Positions 22,572 to 34,840 are shown, counted from the first letter of the whole stretch. The stretch is DNA of 63,204 nt, filler included, from Vannella sp. (GCA_023345925.1; 7 parts of 7 records of this genome joined end to end with filler, not necessarily neighbours in it), one strand, 5' to 3'. The notes: generated from the sequence alone by a model not told the origin. Numbers and translations are program-made.

Positions 22572-22671
22572 NNNNNNNNNNNNNNNNNNNNNNNNNNNNN
22601 NNNNNNNNNNNNNNNTTAATTAATTAANNNNNNNNNNNNNNNNNNNNNNNNNNNNNNNNNNNNNNNNNNNN
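22572..22671. other. Artificial contig linker
   Basis: N44-TTAATTAATTAA-N44. Confidence 0.99.
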
Positions 22672-25510
22672 ATGGCCTCGACCCCTCCGGTGTCGAGTTC
22701 ACCGTCGTTTGTGCGAGGAATTAAGCCCAAACTTCGTCGGCATACCTCTGCGCGCAACGCGCGTGACGAAGCTCAGAGGGACCTTATCGCTGAGGTGCCG
22801 TTGGGAACAAGGGCGTCACGAGCGTCTGTGAGCCAGGAAGGAGGCGGGAATGCGCCTGCGTAGCTTGGTCCAGCGTATCCCGGAAGGCGTCCAAGTTGGT
22901 GGAGAGGCGGTGCATCTTTTTTTCCTTTCCTTTGGGACTGTCCTCCGACGAACGAAGGCGCACCGCAGGCGCATTCCCGCCTCTCCACCAACTTGGACGC
23001 CTTCCGGGATACGCTGGACCAAGCTACGCAGAAGATCACTCGTGGAGACCGGTCGGGTACGTCCAGTCCTCGTGTGGACGGAAGCCCAAGCTCAGCTAAG
23101 AGGTTCTCTGCTCGAGGTATGTTCTCCTGTAGAGAAGGGCTCGTTACTCACACGTGGAGGCCTCCAGACTCTTCCAAAAACCCTCAAGTTACCCGCAAAG
23201 GCTCCAACGACCCCTCTGGCGAGAGAGCCACTCCAAGACGGCTAGAGAAGTCCGCCAGTCAAACCTCTCTCAAGGTCGACGTTACGCCGTCGATTGCTCG
23301 CAAGTTGAAGCGCCTGACTCGTAACGGCCCTCCTCGGGGAGATGCGATGATGCGCCGTATGCCTAGCAGCGCAGAGTCGCCTCTCTTCGCTTCTAGACAG
23401 CCAGTGACCATGTCGCTGCTATCCACTCTTCTGGAGTTGATGGGAATGACTTCAGACGTCCGGGTGGAGTTCCTTCAGATGGCAGACAGTGCTCTCGACA
23501 AGGTACCGACCAAGTCGTGTGTTACAACAGCCTACAACCAACAGGAGATGAAGATTCTTGACCGCTTGCTCACCGGAGCCCAAACCATCATGGAGTATCA
23601 GCAACGGCACCAAGCTGCCATCCGTATCCAGTCCGTGTTCCGGACAAAGAGTCTCCAGAAGAAGCTCCTAGCAGTTGGTAAGTTACCTGGTGTCTTCTGG
23701 GAGAGAGAGACCGACATTGGGGGCAGATCGGGAGCAAATTGTCCGTTACAATCAGACGGCTCACGCCATTCTCAAGGTGGAGCAGGCTTACCTTCGCAGT
23801 TTGTCAACATTGGAGCTGGTATGATAGTAGAGACTACCTGACTGCTTGAGTTCTGACATTGGGTACGCTTAGAGGTATCTCTTTCCATTAAGGCAGTTAG
23901 TGGAGAGTGGGAGGGAGGTGATGAGCACAGAGGAGATCGACCTCATCTTTAGTAATCTTGTTAATATCATCGGCCCGCATTGGGATAGCACAGTCCGCCT
24001 TTCCGAGGCTCTGGACCGTTGGCCACTTGTGACTGGCATTGGCCAAATCTGCCTGGACCTGCGGAGTGGGTTACAAACGTATGGCGTCTTTGTAATGAAC
24101 TACAAGACAGCTCAAGATACTGTCCAGCGCCTCTATGACGAGAAGAACAGCAGATTTGCCGTTTGGATGCAAGAGAATGGACTCCATCTGGAAGAGCTCC
24201 TCGGTACGCTGAGTTCTCCTCTTTCGCACATCTCCAACTTGGAGAATAGCGTGGAAATGCTCGCTCTCAATTGTATTTCCGGGTCGTTGGAAGAGCACAA
24301 ATGCAACCTCGCTTACAGCATGATTCACGAGACAGCCAAGTTTGTCAAGGAGCAGTACATGCTCTCAGAGGACCGCCTCAAAATGATCAACATGCAACGC
24401 AAGCTGGTCCGGGGTGAAGGGAAAAGCGTGAATTTTGACTGGAACAACGCTTCCCTTCTTCTTGAGGGAACACTGGTGACCAACGCAAAGAGGCGCACGT
24501 TTGTCCTATTCAGCAATCTACTTATCATCGGCAAGCCGTTGCGAGTGGGAAATGTCCGCGTTTTGGAGGAGATTGAACTGGCTGTTGTTTTCCTTGAGTC
24601 CTCTTCTTCAAGCCCGATTGGGTTTACCCTCAAGACTCCCTACAGCGTTCATTCAGTCACTGCCTCCACCCCACAAGAGAAGCGGCAGTGGGTGGATGCT
24701 TTAGGGAAAGTCCTTCCCAGCCGAAAGCGCAATCCAACTTTTGGAGTTCCCATTGCCAGCATTCTTCAACGAGAGAGGCCTTCAGACAGTATCCCTTCCA
24801 TTGTGACCCAGTGTATCTCCTATTTGGGTACAGATGATCTCATTGTGACGGAAGGCATCTTCCGGATATCTGGAAAGCAAGAGCAAGTCAACCAACTCAA
24901 AGAGCTCTTTGATAACCGTACGTCCAACTCCTCTTTAGCTCAAACTTACCATTGCCTCAGAAACTCTTCCTGAGCGAAACATCACCTCCTTTGATGTCCA
25001 CAGTATCTGTGGCGCATTGAAACTCTGGTTCAGGGAGCTTCCTGAGTCTCTTTTGACGTTTGATCTTTATGACGAGTTTGTGCAGTTAGAACGTGAGTGA
25101 TATATTGACAATACTCTCCATGTCTAACCCTCTCCAAGGTGAAGCCTCTCCAATGGATTCTGGTTGTGGTCCAAAACATATCGGGCTGGTTCAAAGGATC
25201 GGGACCGGTTTGCCCACACTTGCAGTAAGCTTATTACCGATTAGATGTGACTTTCTAATGAGCGAGAAAGTACTTGCTGAGGTTCTTGTCACGAGTCTGC
25301 ACCCACTCTTTGGAGAATAAGATGTCTGAAAGCAACATTGCCATTGTATTCGGACCGACCCTATTGCGCCCCCGCAAAGAGACCATGGAAACCACTCTGG
25401 ATAGTCCATTGGTGAACCAAGCTGTGCAAAGGCTCATTGAGGTAAAGAAGACAACCATTCCTTCCATTCTCACCTTTCCACTGCAGAACGTGCGAACGCT
25501 TTTTCCTTGA
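22672..25510 (+). CDS. IQ-RhoGEF(DH)-PH-RhoGAP protein, multi-exon; 5' exon structure uncertain
   Basis: IQ motif AAIRIQSVFR; DH ILKVEQAYLRSL..EEIDLIFSNL; PH KRRTFVLFSNLLIIGK..EKRQWVDAL; GAP TFGVPI..EGIFRISG..LKLWFRELPESLL..NKMSESNIAIVFGPTLL. Confidence 0.85.
22841..23031. repeat. Inverted repeat pair: 22856-22910 vs 22977-23031 (55 nt, perfect) and 22841-22860 vs 22964-22983 (20 nt, perfect)
   Basis: Direct base-by-base comparison with the reverse complement. Confidence 0.95.
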
Positions 25511-25635
25511 GTCTTTTCCTGCCCCCGAATGTACTAAAGAGTTGCTTGATTGAGCCATCAAGGGGTGAGATAGAAAGGGATCAGAAGCGTTTAGTCTTTC
25601 ATCGAGGTGGCAAAGACGGAAGGGATGTCTTGTGT

Positions 25636-26829
25636 TCACTGGGACACAGCTGATTGGGCGCTCTTCTGGGGCTTGCTCGGTTTGCGAGGCTCTGCCAAAG
25701 GGAGAAAGTAAATCACGCTGCCTTCAACACTTGAGTCGCCCTGACGGACGTGAGAAGTAACGGAACATGTTGCAGGACCACCTTCCACATATGCTGCGTG
25801 AGACTCGTCATCCCTCCATAACTCTTGCAAATCAGCGATTCCGAAGTATTCCACCACATCCTTGCTCCATCCGTGTTCAGAAAGCTTCTCTGATTCTGTG
25901 CACGATTTGATGCCACTTCTCCACGAGTTATTGACCTCCTCCGCAAACAGCTCCTGAGCCAGTTCAATAACCTCGTCTTCGTTCCCACTGAAACTGATGG
26001 CATATCTTGTCCTCCAAATGTGGTCATAAGTGGCTATGCAGATGCGAATAGAAATCAGATAGAATCGAGACCCTTCTGCGACAACTCCATACTGAGGACG
26101 ATGGCCCACCACTAAAGGCGCCGGATAAGTTAAGTTGAGACCCTCGTCGATCCGCTGAAGCACCTTCTGAGGGAAGTGAGGAACGCACGATTTCCCTTGA
26201 CATAGCATGAAGGAAATCATCTCATTGCAGTTCTCCGGCTCTACTGTGGTCTTTCTCTTTCGGTAATCTCCAAGGGCTAGTAAAGGGGTTTGGCGATCAA
26301 ACCCAGTTGTGATAACACAACGGCCCTTGGGCGATCCGCCCTGCGTTTGTTGCCCGCTAGCGTTCTCTGCAAAGTAGGTTTGGAACTGTTCTTTCAACTT
26401 CTCTTCCTGTCCCAAACTGGCCCATTCTGGAAGTCCGCGCGTCCATCTGTCATTGATCTCGCTGATAAAGAGCTCCCGAGCTGTTCATGAGGTCAACTAA
26501 TCCATTAACTGTACCTCTGACGTACCAGCTTTGTCTGCAGCTTTAGCTTTGAAGAAGATGCGAGTTTCCACGCAGGTGTGGAAGTCATACGTTGGTACCA
26601 ATGTTTCACACGCCACCAGATACACCTCTGGAATCAGTTCAATCGCGCTGGATTGACCTTCACTCATCCCACGTTCCTGAGCTTCCTCGCCAACTTCCGG
26701 GTCTTGGAGAGCGAGGGCGTTGGGCTCTGGGAGAGCGCAACACTCTTCATGTTCTTCGTCGTTCTGTTTAGGCCTTTTGAGAGAGCTCTCCTCTTGGCTT
26801 GAGGTCGGGCTCAGCTTCCTTTTTGCCAT
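25636..26829 (-). CDS. Hypothetical protein with an N-terminal NLS-like segment and an internally duplicated module
   Basis: Intron 26481-26525 joins two ORFs. It starts MAKRKLSP..LKRPK and has two copies of YL..TYD..A[RQ]ELF..E[IV]N..W..G. Confidence 0.6.
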
Positions 26830-26921
26830 GGCAACACCAGAAACTGAAAACAAAGGACCAGACTGCCCAAGACTTTCTCTACCAATCAGCAGCTGCCACG
26901 TCAGCCGTGAGGATCATGGTG

Positions 26922-28273
26922 TAGAGGGGGGTCTTCAAAGTGGAAGTGGGGGCTTCAAAGTGGAAGTGCCTAATCGCTCACTTTCGCATTTCACCCTTCC
27001 AACACTAAGCTTCATTGGATGATAGAATAGAAACTGTACCGAATAATTTCGTCATTTATTCATCAACGCGTTCACTTGATCATCTGTCGAAAGGGACAGA
27101 AGACCCAAGGTCCGAAGTTCCGGGATGATGCGTTTTCGGATAGCCTTCTTTGTACCAAAGTCTGGTACTTTATACTTGTCGCAGAGGCTCTGCAATTCTG
27201 ACACTTTTCCATCTCTGAGGAGCCTCCACAGCTGATCCTCAGCCTCATGCTTGGAGGCCTCTGGTCCACTGAGCATCATTGCCTTTCCGTTCTGACGAAG
27301 AGTTACCCTATGGGTGGATGCCTTCTTCTCTGGTTCTACAGTCGGCGCAACGAGTGAGATCAGGTGCTCGACATGCTCTTGCATGCTCATGGGGTTTTGT
27401 GTTGCCGTTTGTACTTCGACCTTCTCCTTCATGACCTGCACGATACCTTCCGGATTAAAGGGGTAGATGTTGCTTCGTTTCCAACTGGAAACGACGGTGG
27501 CAATTGAGCTTGCGCGATAGTATGCTTCTCGGACTATTTCAGGGATGTGGTTCATTGTCACAGAGCAGTTTTGATGATCATAAAGCCACTTTGAAGTCTC
27601 CTCTTGAAAGCCTTTCTTCAGAACAGAGAAGAAGACAAGGTCTAGTGGCTGGTACAAGTGAGTAAGATGAGAGGGGAACCGGAAGAGGAGAATGCCGTCC
27701 TTCTCTAGCTCCGAAATAAGGTCCCAATCATATCGAGATGCATGTCCATCTGTAAAAATGATGTCCACGTCTGGCCTCTTCCACTTGTCTGGATACATGT
27801 GTCTCCGCAGCCGCTGAATCTTGATCTCGTCGCGCAGGCGGCGCATGTAGAGCCCAAAGACCTCAGTGTCAATGAATCCACTCTCTGATACAGTGTACAA
27901 GGCATCAGTAGGCCCTTTCTGGTGTAAACCAGAAGGCATACTGCCTACCGAAGAGAAGATGAAGGCTGGAACTCGTGTCAGTCCATCAGCTGAGCAGCAA
28001 CATATGAAAGTGACATGTGGCAACTTTCCTGCCGATACTCGTTCTCGATTGCTGCTGCCGCGGTCAGCGAGGTAGTACGACCCATTCATGGTTAAATCAA
28101 TCCCACTCTCGTCCATGTTGTGCAGTTGATCAGGGAGGATGAGTAAGTTTCCTTCTTCTGTATACTCATCAAATACGTTTTTGAGGAGATCCCTGTAGTG
28201 CTCAGCAGTACTGATTTTCTCAGCTCTTGCTCTGACTTGCTCTAGATTCCGATACTTCTTCCACTCAAGCCTT
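26922..28273 (-). mobile_element. Tc1/mariner-superfamily pogo (Fot1-like, DD35D) DNA transposon; one end present, the other cut by the contig end
   Basis: Transposase ORF. The putative terminus is TA|GAGGGGGGT followed by two copies of CTTCAAAGTGGAAGTG (26933-26948 and 26953-26968). Confidence 0.75.
27052..28273 (-). CDS. DDE_1 (pogo/Fot1-type) transposase with C-terminal SAP-like motif, 5'-truncated
   Basis: HNMDESG, FTDGHASR and HLYQPLD, with 35 residues between the last two Asp. KVSELQSLCDKYKVPDFGTKKAIRKRI is SAP-like. The frame stays open to the contig edge. Confidence 0.9.
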
Positions 28274-28373
28274 NNNNNNNNNNNNNNNNNNNNNNNNNNN
28301 NNNNNNNNNNNNNNNNNTTAATTAATTAANNNNNNNNNNNNNNNNNNNNNNNNNNNNNNNNNNNNNNNNNNNN
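28274..28373. other. Artificial contig linker
   Basis: N44-TTAATTAATTAA-N44. Confidence 0.99.
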
Positions 28374-28833
28374 CTGCTCTAAATCAAGTAAGCCGACCCC
28401 TTGCGCCCCTGACCACTCCTCTCACCACAAAAACACAGAAACCAACCGGCAACTCTTCAAGGAAGCTGGCCTCCTGAACACCATCTCCCCGCTAGCTTCC
28501 CAATCGAATGCCTATTTGGCCCAGCAAGTCGTTGAGATCCAAAAGATGCTTTAAATCCTGAGTCATTCCTGTCTAATTGTTGAGCGAATGTCCATTGGGA
28601 GGAGAAGGATCGTGGAAGAAGCCAAATCAAGGGCGTATAGCCGAAGTCTATGCTTCATAGCAACTATTTCTACCACTTCCTTGCGCTTGGGAACCCAAAA
28701 GAGAGGGAACCAACCCCAAATGAGGGGGAACCAACAACGAGCCAGATGGGCTCCCTTCAGGGAAGTGAAAAATGTGATGGAAAGATAAATAATCTGATGA
28801 TTTATCTGATGGGAATTGTTGGAATCATTATTT

Positions 28834-31800
28834 ATGGATCCGAAGGGGGGTGGCGACCGCGACAAGCCGCCTTGCCGCTATGGGGATCGTTGTCGCGACA
28901 AACACACAACTTGTGTCTTTGCTCACCCTGAGGAGACGCAGGGAGGTCGTAATGAGCCGAAACCAAGGAGAAAATGTCGTAATGGGGCTAACTGTCTCAA
29001 CATTAACACTTGTACCTTTGCTCACCCTCCGAACACACAAGGAGGCCGCAACAATCAGAAAACATGTCGTAATGGGGATGACTGTCGCAACAGGGGTTGC
29101 AAGTACGCTCATCCTAAGGAGACGCAGGGAGGCGGATCGGATGGATCGAATGGCTCCAACGCGCCCAGCAATGGTAAGTTTCGTTGCTGATCATTCACAC
29201 ACAACTTACAATGCAGGATAAGAGAGCTGGACGTCCGGAGCAGCTCAATCAACCCAAACCAGAGCTCGTCAGCCAACCCAAACCGAACCCAAACCGTTTG
29301 GAGCACCCAAAGGCAACCCAATGGGAGCAGGGTCATCCAACCTGTTTGCTGCTTCATCCCAAACCAATTCATTTGGAGCGCCCCGACCATCTCATCCCAA
29401 TCCGAATCCGTTTGAAATCGAGCCAAGCAATACTCGCTCAGTACCCCTATCTAACCCATTCGAAGCCAATCCGTTTGGAGCATCCCAATCATCTCATCCC
29501 AATCCGAATCCGTTTGAAATCGAGCCAAGCAATACTCACTCAGTACCCCTATCTCACCCATTCGAAGCCAAAGTATCCCAAACTGCTCGCCAAGTGCCCC
29601 AAACCAACCACAGAGCAGCACAGTCACCCCAAGCTAATCCAGTCAGAGTAACGCAGCAATCCCAAACCAAACCAGTCAGCGTACCCCAGTCATCCCAAAA
29701 CAGCTTACTAAGAGCAGCGCAAAAACCCCAAACCAAACCAGTCGGAGCATCAAGGCCATCTCAAGCCTTAGGGAAGCGCCAACGGGATTCACAGCCTGCT
29801 CAGTCTCGCGATCTGAACAGCAGCCGAGATCGAGGAGTGATCCTTCCCTCAAGTCAGATCACTCAGCATTTGGATGGAAAGCGCGCTACTGGATCTACGA
29901 GAGGCGAGAGACCAATGAGAGAGTCAAAAAGAGAGCGAGGAACGGGGAAAAAACGTGCTCACTCTCTAAAAAACGACTCTTCAAACGAAGAGAGCGATTA
30001 TGCTGGCAGAAAGAGGCCTTTACCATCTTTCCAAGTCACTTTTTCTCGGACAGCGGACCATTCTGACGAAGAAGATGAGCATGCAGAGCGAGAGGACGAT
30101 GAGGGAGACTCATCTGATCCTTCTGAAAACCCAAGTGGACCTCTTCGCTTCGGACAAGGTCCTCCTTCTGTGAGATCTACGAGAATGAATCCTCCAGGCT
30201 ACTCAGAGGACACAGAAGACGATGATAGCGCGGAAGAGTCAGAAATGCCACAATTCACGGTCGGTGGGCTTCACTCCTCAGGAATAGACGAAAAAGTCAA
30301 AGCCTTTGCCGCCCCACACCGAGGGAAAGTACCATTGGGGCCTCTCTCTGCTATCCCACCTCAGCGAAATTCAATGAGGAATGTCCCTGATCGAATGTCC
30401 GGTGTGTTGGGCACCCACTTTGTTCCAGTACAAGAGAATGCAGCCTTACGCTCCGGTTCTGCTGCCCTGAGATGGGAAGTACAAAATGCAAATGTTCTCC
30501 TTGCTCAAGGTCGAATTGTGGGAACGTGCAATGAGATGTGCAGCAAAAAAAATGTTCAGGAACGCACCCGCCCCGAGAGCGCAAATGAGATCTCAGTGTT
30601 TGAAAGAGACCCAACCACTGGTGAATTCAACAGGGAGCGAATGGTAGCAGCGTATGAGCGATCTGCATCGAACGATGAAACAAATCTTCAAGATCGAATG
30701 GCAAAGCTTCGGACGGAGTCTGCACTTGTTCGGTCAACAGAGTATCTCCTCAAAGAAATCTCTGACTTTGACCTTACTCCTCACCTGTCACCATCAGGAA
30801 ATGCCCAAAACGATTTGGACTACGGAGATGTGACAAACTTTCTATGGGACCGTTTCCGCCAAATCCACGCCGAAGTCCATACCCAACAACTTTACACTCC
30901 TCCTGTCGTTGCAGCTTTGGAGAATATTGTACGCTTCACCATCGTGGCTTCCTACTGGACAATTGGAAACGAGAAAGTGGACTCGGTTCTGCTGTCTCAG
31001 CTCCTCGAGAAAATCCTGTTGACTCTACATACCAGTGCTTATAAGAGCCTTCTCGAGCAACAAGTTCAGTGCCCTAATGAGGCCGAAATGAGAGCCTACT
31101 TGATGCTTGTCCAGTCAACCGGAGCATTTTCCCAAGCAATGTCTCTCAGCGACCGCCCAGACCAAATTAGAGCAGAGCCCGTTCAATTGGCACTCAAAAT
31201 ATGTGCAGCAATTCAAACCCAATCGTACCATTGTTACTTTAAGCTGCTTAAGAGCTCTCCCATCCTCTTTGTGTGCTTGATGTGGTACCGCCACACCTAC
31301 ACTGTAAGAGTAGCAGCTCTGAATATTCTGCAACAAGCTTTCTATGGTCAACCCTTTTCCGTAGCCAGGCTGACCTCTTTGTTGGACTTTGACGATGAAA
31401 ATCAAACCATTGACTTTTTGGGCCACGTTCAAACGGTGGGCAATGAGGACGACCACTTTGAGTGGCAGTCTCTTCCAATTCAGAAAGAGAAGGTTACTAT
31501 GTCAGCTTGGATCACTAAGAAGCTTTCTAGTCACACAAATCATTACCTTTCAGTGCACTGCCCCCACTTGGGCGGCTCATTGCCCATCCAATCAAAGCAA
31601 ACCCCTTCACCAGTTGCTGCTCGACCAATCTCTCCCCCGGAAGATTTAGCTGCCAAGCGAAAGATAGAAATCCAGAACCAGGCTCGCCAAGAGCTTTTAG
31701 CACAACAGAGAAAGAAGGAAGAAGAACAAGAACTCCTTCGAAAGCAGAAAGAAGATGCTCTCCAACACCAGTTGGCCGTCGAAGAGGATAGGCGGCGGGA

Positions 31801-33873
31801 AACTAAGAAGCTAGAGCAACTCCAGAAAGAACAAGATGAGAAAGAGCGCTTAGCTCGTTTATCCTCTCTCGAATCTGAAAGAGCAGAGGCAGAGAGACAA
31901 GCTCGCCAACATTCCATTCTCCTTCGCCTCCAGCAAGTGCGACTTCAAGCATTCGAATATGAACGACTTGTCCAACAACGGGAAGCGGAAGATAAGTTCA
32001 ATCGACTGCAATTGGAGCGAGTACAGTGCTTCCTTGAAGAAGAACCACAAAGACTGAAAGCATTCGCCTTTGGCCAATGGAAGCGAATGGTAGAATACTC
32101 TCGCATCTTCCCAAAGCTTCTATCAGAGATGAAAATCAGGCCTCTAGTCAACTCCTCCATCTCAGTCCTCAGCGGGCCATTGTGCAATGATGTTGCTGTT
32201 CCTCCTCCCGCCTTTAACCCCGATGAACTGCGACTCTCGCTCTCTCCTTTGTACCTTCCCAAGCTCTTGGAAGTGCCTCTGACAAAGAAGAACCCCCGAG
32301 CCCGCAACATCTATTGGAAGATGGCGATTTGCACTCACTCAGCTAGAGAAGGCCCTCAGAGTGGACTATCTCCTTGGGACTGGCTAGAAAGAAAGCTCCA
32401 GTATCCTTGGCAAGCGCCTCCTTTGGTGGAAAGTGACCAATACTCTCTCCTTTCCCTCTACGAGGCGCCCATTCAAGTCCCTCAGTCACTGGCATCACGT
32501 TTTAAAGTCGCCTGTTGCCGAGTAGACCTGAGTCAGACCTCAGATTCCCCTCTTGAGTGTCTATTACAAGGTGTTCAAGGGCTCATGTACCTGGTACATG
32601 ACCAAGTATCATTGAATGCCCACCGAGATGAATTGCACCAGCTCCTTTACTGTCTACCTGCCGCAGCATGTGTTGTTCTCTCTATACTGAACTGTTCAGC
32701 TGTTTCTAACGAAGACCTCGCAAAGGAACTGGACTTGGACCAATACTTGGCACAGAATCTCGTTCACTGGCAAGTCCAGAGGCTGTCTACAGACCCTTAC
32801 GGTCGTCTACTACTCTTAGAAGCTCACGAGCAACTCATTGAAGCACTGAAATGGCAAGCCAACGCTGCAGCGCCCCAACCTGACCTTCAAGCGGTGGACC
32901 TTTTCGAGGTGATTGAGAGCTATCTGGACCAGGGTGTGTTTGAAGCCTTCTCTCTCGTAGCAAAGAGGACAGATAGCAAGCCACACCCAGATGGGATGGT
33001 GGACGCCTTCCGATTTGCTTTGGAAGCCGCGCACAAGGACATTAGCCTCTCTATCAGCAGAACCCAGAGGGACTGGCCCGTGAGAGAGTTCATACGGGGT
33101 ACATTACCTCCTGTGAGTGTGCATCCTGCTGATTTGGCCTTCGATGCGGACATCCACGCCGGGGAGCAACTCTTCTTCTGGGATTCTCCTCAAAGCCAAG
33201 AGCGACTGCGCTCGTTACTCTCCTCCGTGATGCTACCAAGTATCCCTGATGTGGACCTGTTCGACATGGATCAATGTGCTGAGTGTGCAAGAGCGTACGC
33301 CACCGAAGTAGCCCGGCTTTCTCCCACTTCAGCGCTGAACTGGCTCCCTCGCTATGTTCATCAGCTCGTAACGGCACAAGAGGAAGGGAACCAAAGCTTC
33401 CCGTGGGCTCCCTTGATGGAGACTATCATCCAAGCCGTTCTTGGTGAGTTGGAGAGCGCCGGTCCTCAACAACTCTTCTTCGTCCCCAGCCGTTCGCGGG
33501 TCACCACCAGCTCCACGAAACTTCGTTACCAAACTTGTGAGCCCATGAGGGTGGAAGAAGACGTCCCTCTCGAGTCTACCAGGAACGGAGACCTTTCTCC
33601 TGTCTCACAAAACCTTTCTCCCGTATCCAGTCCAGCTGTGGAGTGGGAAGAACCTCCAGCGAAGAGGTAAGTGGCAAGTCTAAGTCTTCATTCCTTCGCT
33701 CATGGAAGCTGTCCCCTTTTAGGCAACGAGGAGGATGGGGAGAGGGTTCGCTTGATGAGTTCTACCAGTTCCACCAATTCCACGCTCTTCTTCAAGAAGC
33801 ACGTGAAGAAGACTTGAACTTACAACAACTCTATGAGAGCTGCTGGATCCCTTCTCGTGCAAAGAGGAGCTGA
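28834..33873 (+). CDS. SAC3/GANP (TREX-2 scaffold) protein with three N-terminal CCCH zinc fingers and NPF/FG-like repeats
   Basis: IVGTCNEMCS..ER, MVAAYERSA, NFLWDRFRQI, CPNEAEMRAY, a coiled coil, and the GANP-like IYWKMAIC..WLERKL. Introns are 29174-29222 and 33667-33722. Confidence 0.85.
29365..29571 (+). repeat. Two near-identical 102-nt (34-aa) tandem coding repeats
   Basis: CATCTCATCCCAATCCGAATCCG begins at both 29388 and 29490; the unit encodes SHPNPNPFEIEPSNTxSVPLSxPFEA. Confidence 0.9.
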
Positions 33874-34361
33874 TGAAGGAGAAAGCTTATATTTTACAGT
33901 CATTATACAGATGCCCATGGCTCTTTCTGGGACACTACTCCTCTGCTTGTCGAGCTTGGGGGTTGAAGGCGCACACAAAGGACAGACAATCAAGAGGAGC
34001 CGCGAGACCTCCTCGCCGTTTGTAGATGTGGGGCGTTGGTGAAACTGATCGTTGGTGGCGACTTTCTCCAGTGGGAGCCACGGTGGAAGACAAAGGTTGA
34101 GGTGAGAGGTGCATTGAGCGGGGCTGTGGAGAATGCGCCCACAGACGAAAGAATCGGCGTTCTCTAAACGGGAATGACCAATAATTATGGAATATGACGA
34201 ATGATTATGTGAACAACTCGAACGATCGGCGATCTCAATCACATTAATGGATTGTTCGACGAAATGTGAAAGAAACAATACCAAAAAGGATGGGCTAAAA
34301 ATGGGTCTTTCGGTTCTTGAAGACTCAGTTCCGCTCTCTCGCGGAAGGCCGTTTGCTATTT

Positions 34362-34700
34362 TTATCGGGAGTATTGCCGTTCCGTGGGAATGGAGGATTT
34401 GAGCGGGATGGCCTCCGAAGAGTCCTTGTCAGACTTGTACTTGCGCCAAAACAGATAACCGCCTCCAGCAACAAGAGCGAGAAGCACAACGAAAGCTGTG
34501 ATCAACGTGGGCCAAAGCAATGAGAGAGAGCAGCATTTGCTGCACTGGCGGTTCTCCTCTTCGCAGCAGAAGAAGTAACTTGTAAACGAGTCATTAAACG
34601 ACTGAACAAACACTTCGTTCAAGTACTGGGAGCATGTTCCCTCCACAGAACCCCAAAGAGCTGTCCAAACCACGAAACTTGCCACTCCACCAACTGCCAT
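34362..34700 (-). CDS. Small single-pass membrane protein (signal peptide, Cys-rich ectodomain, TM helix)
   Basis: MAVGGVASFVVWTALWGSVEG, Cys cluster FCCEEENRQCSKCC, TM LLWPTLITAFVVLLALVAGGGYLFW followed by RKYK. Confidence 0.5.
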   Translation of the reverse strand: MAVGGVASFVVWTALWGSVEGTCSQYLNEVFVQSFNDSFTSYFFCCEEENRQCSKCCSLSLLWPTLITAFVVLLALVAGGGYLFWRKYKSDKDSSEAIPLKSSIPTERQYSR

Positions 34701-34840
34701 GGGGAAATGCAGGGGAAATGCGAAGGTATGCCACGTCACAGGAACAGGAACTGCACAGGAAATGACACGTCATCGACCACGCCATTGGTATTTAGGGGAA
34801 GGCTTGTGCTTCATTCATCATTAGAACGGTTTGTGGGGAC

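Noticed and set aside
33880..34300. Unassigned gap with a GAAAGTCGCC motif, small hairpins and a 154-aa minus-strand ORF
   Set aside because: The spacing is too short for RNase P/MRP and the ORF has no ATG start or recognisable motif; left unannotated.
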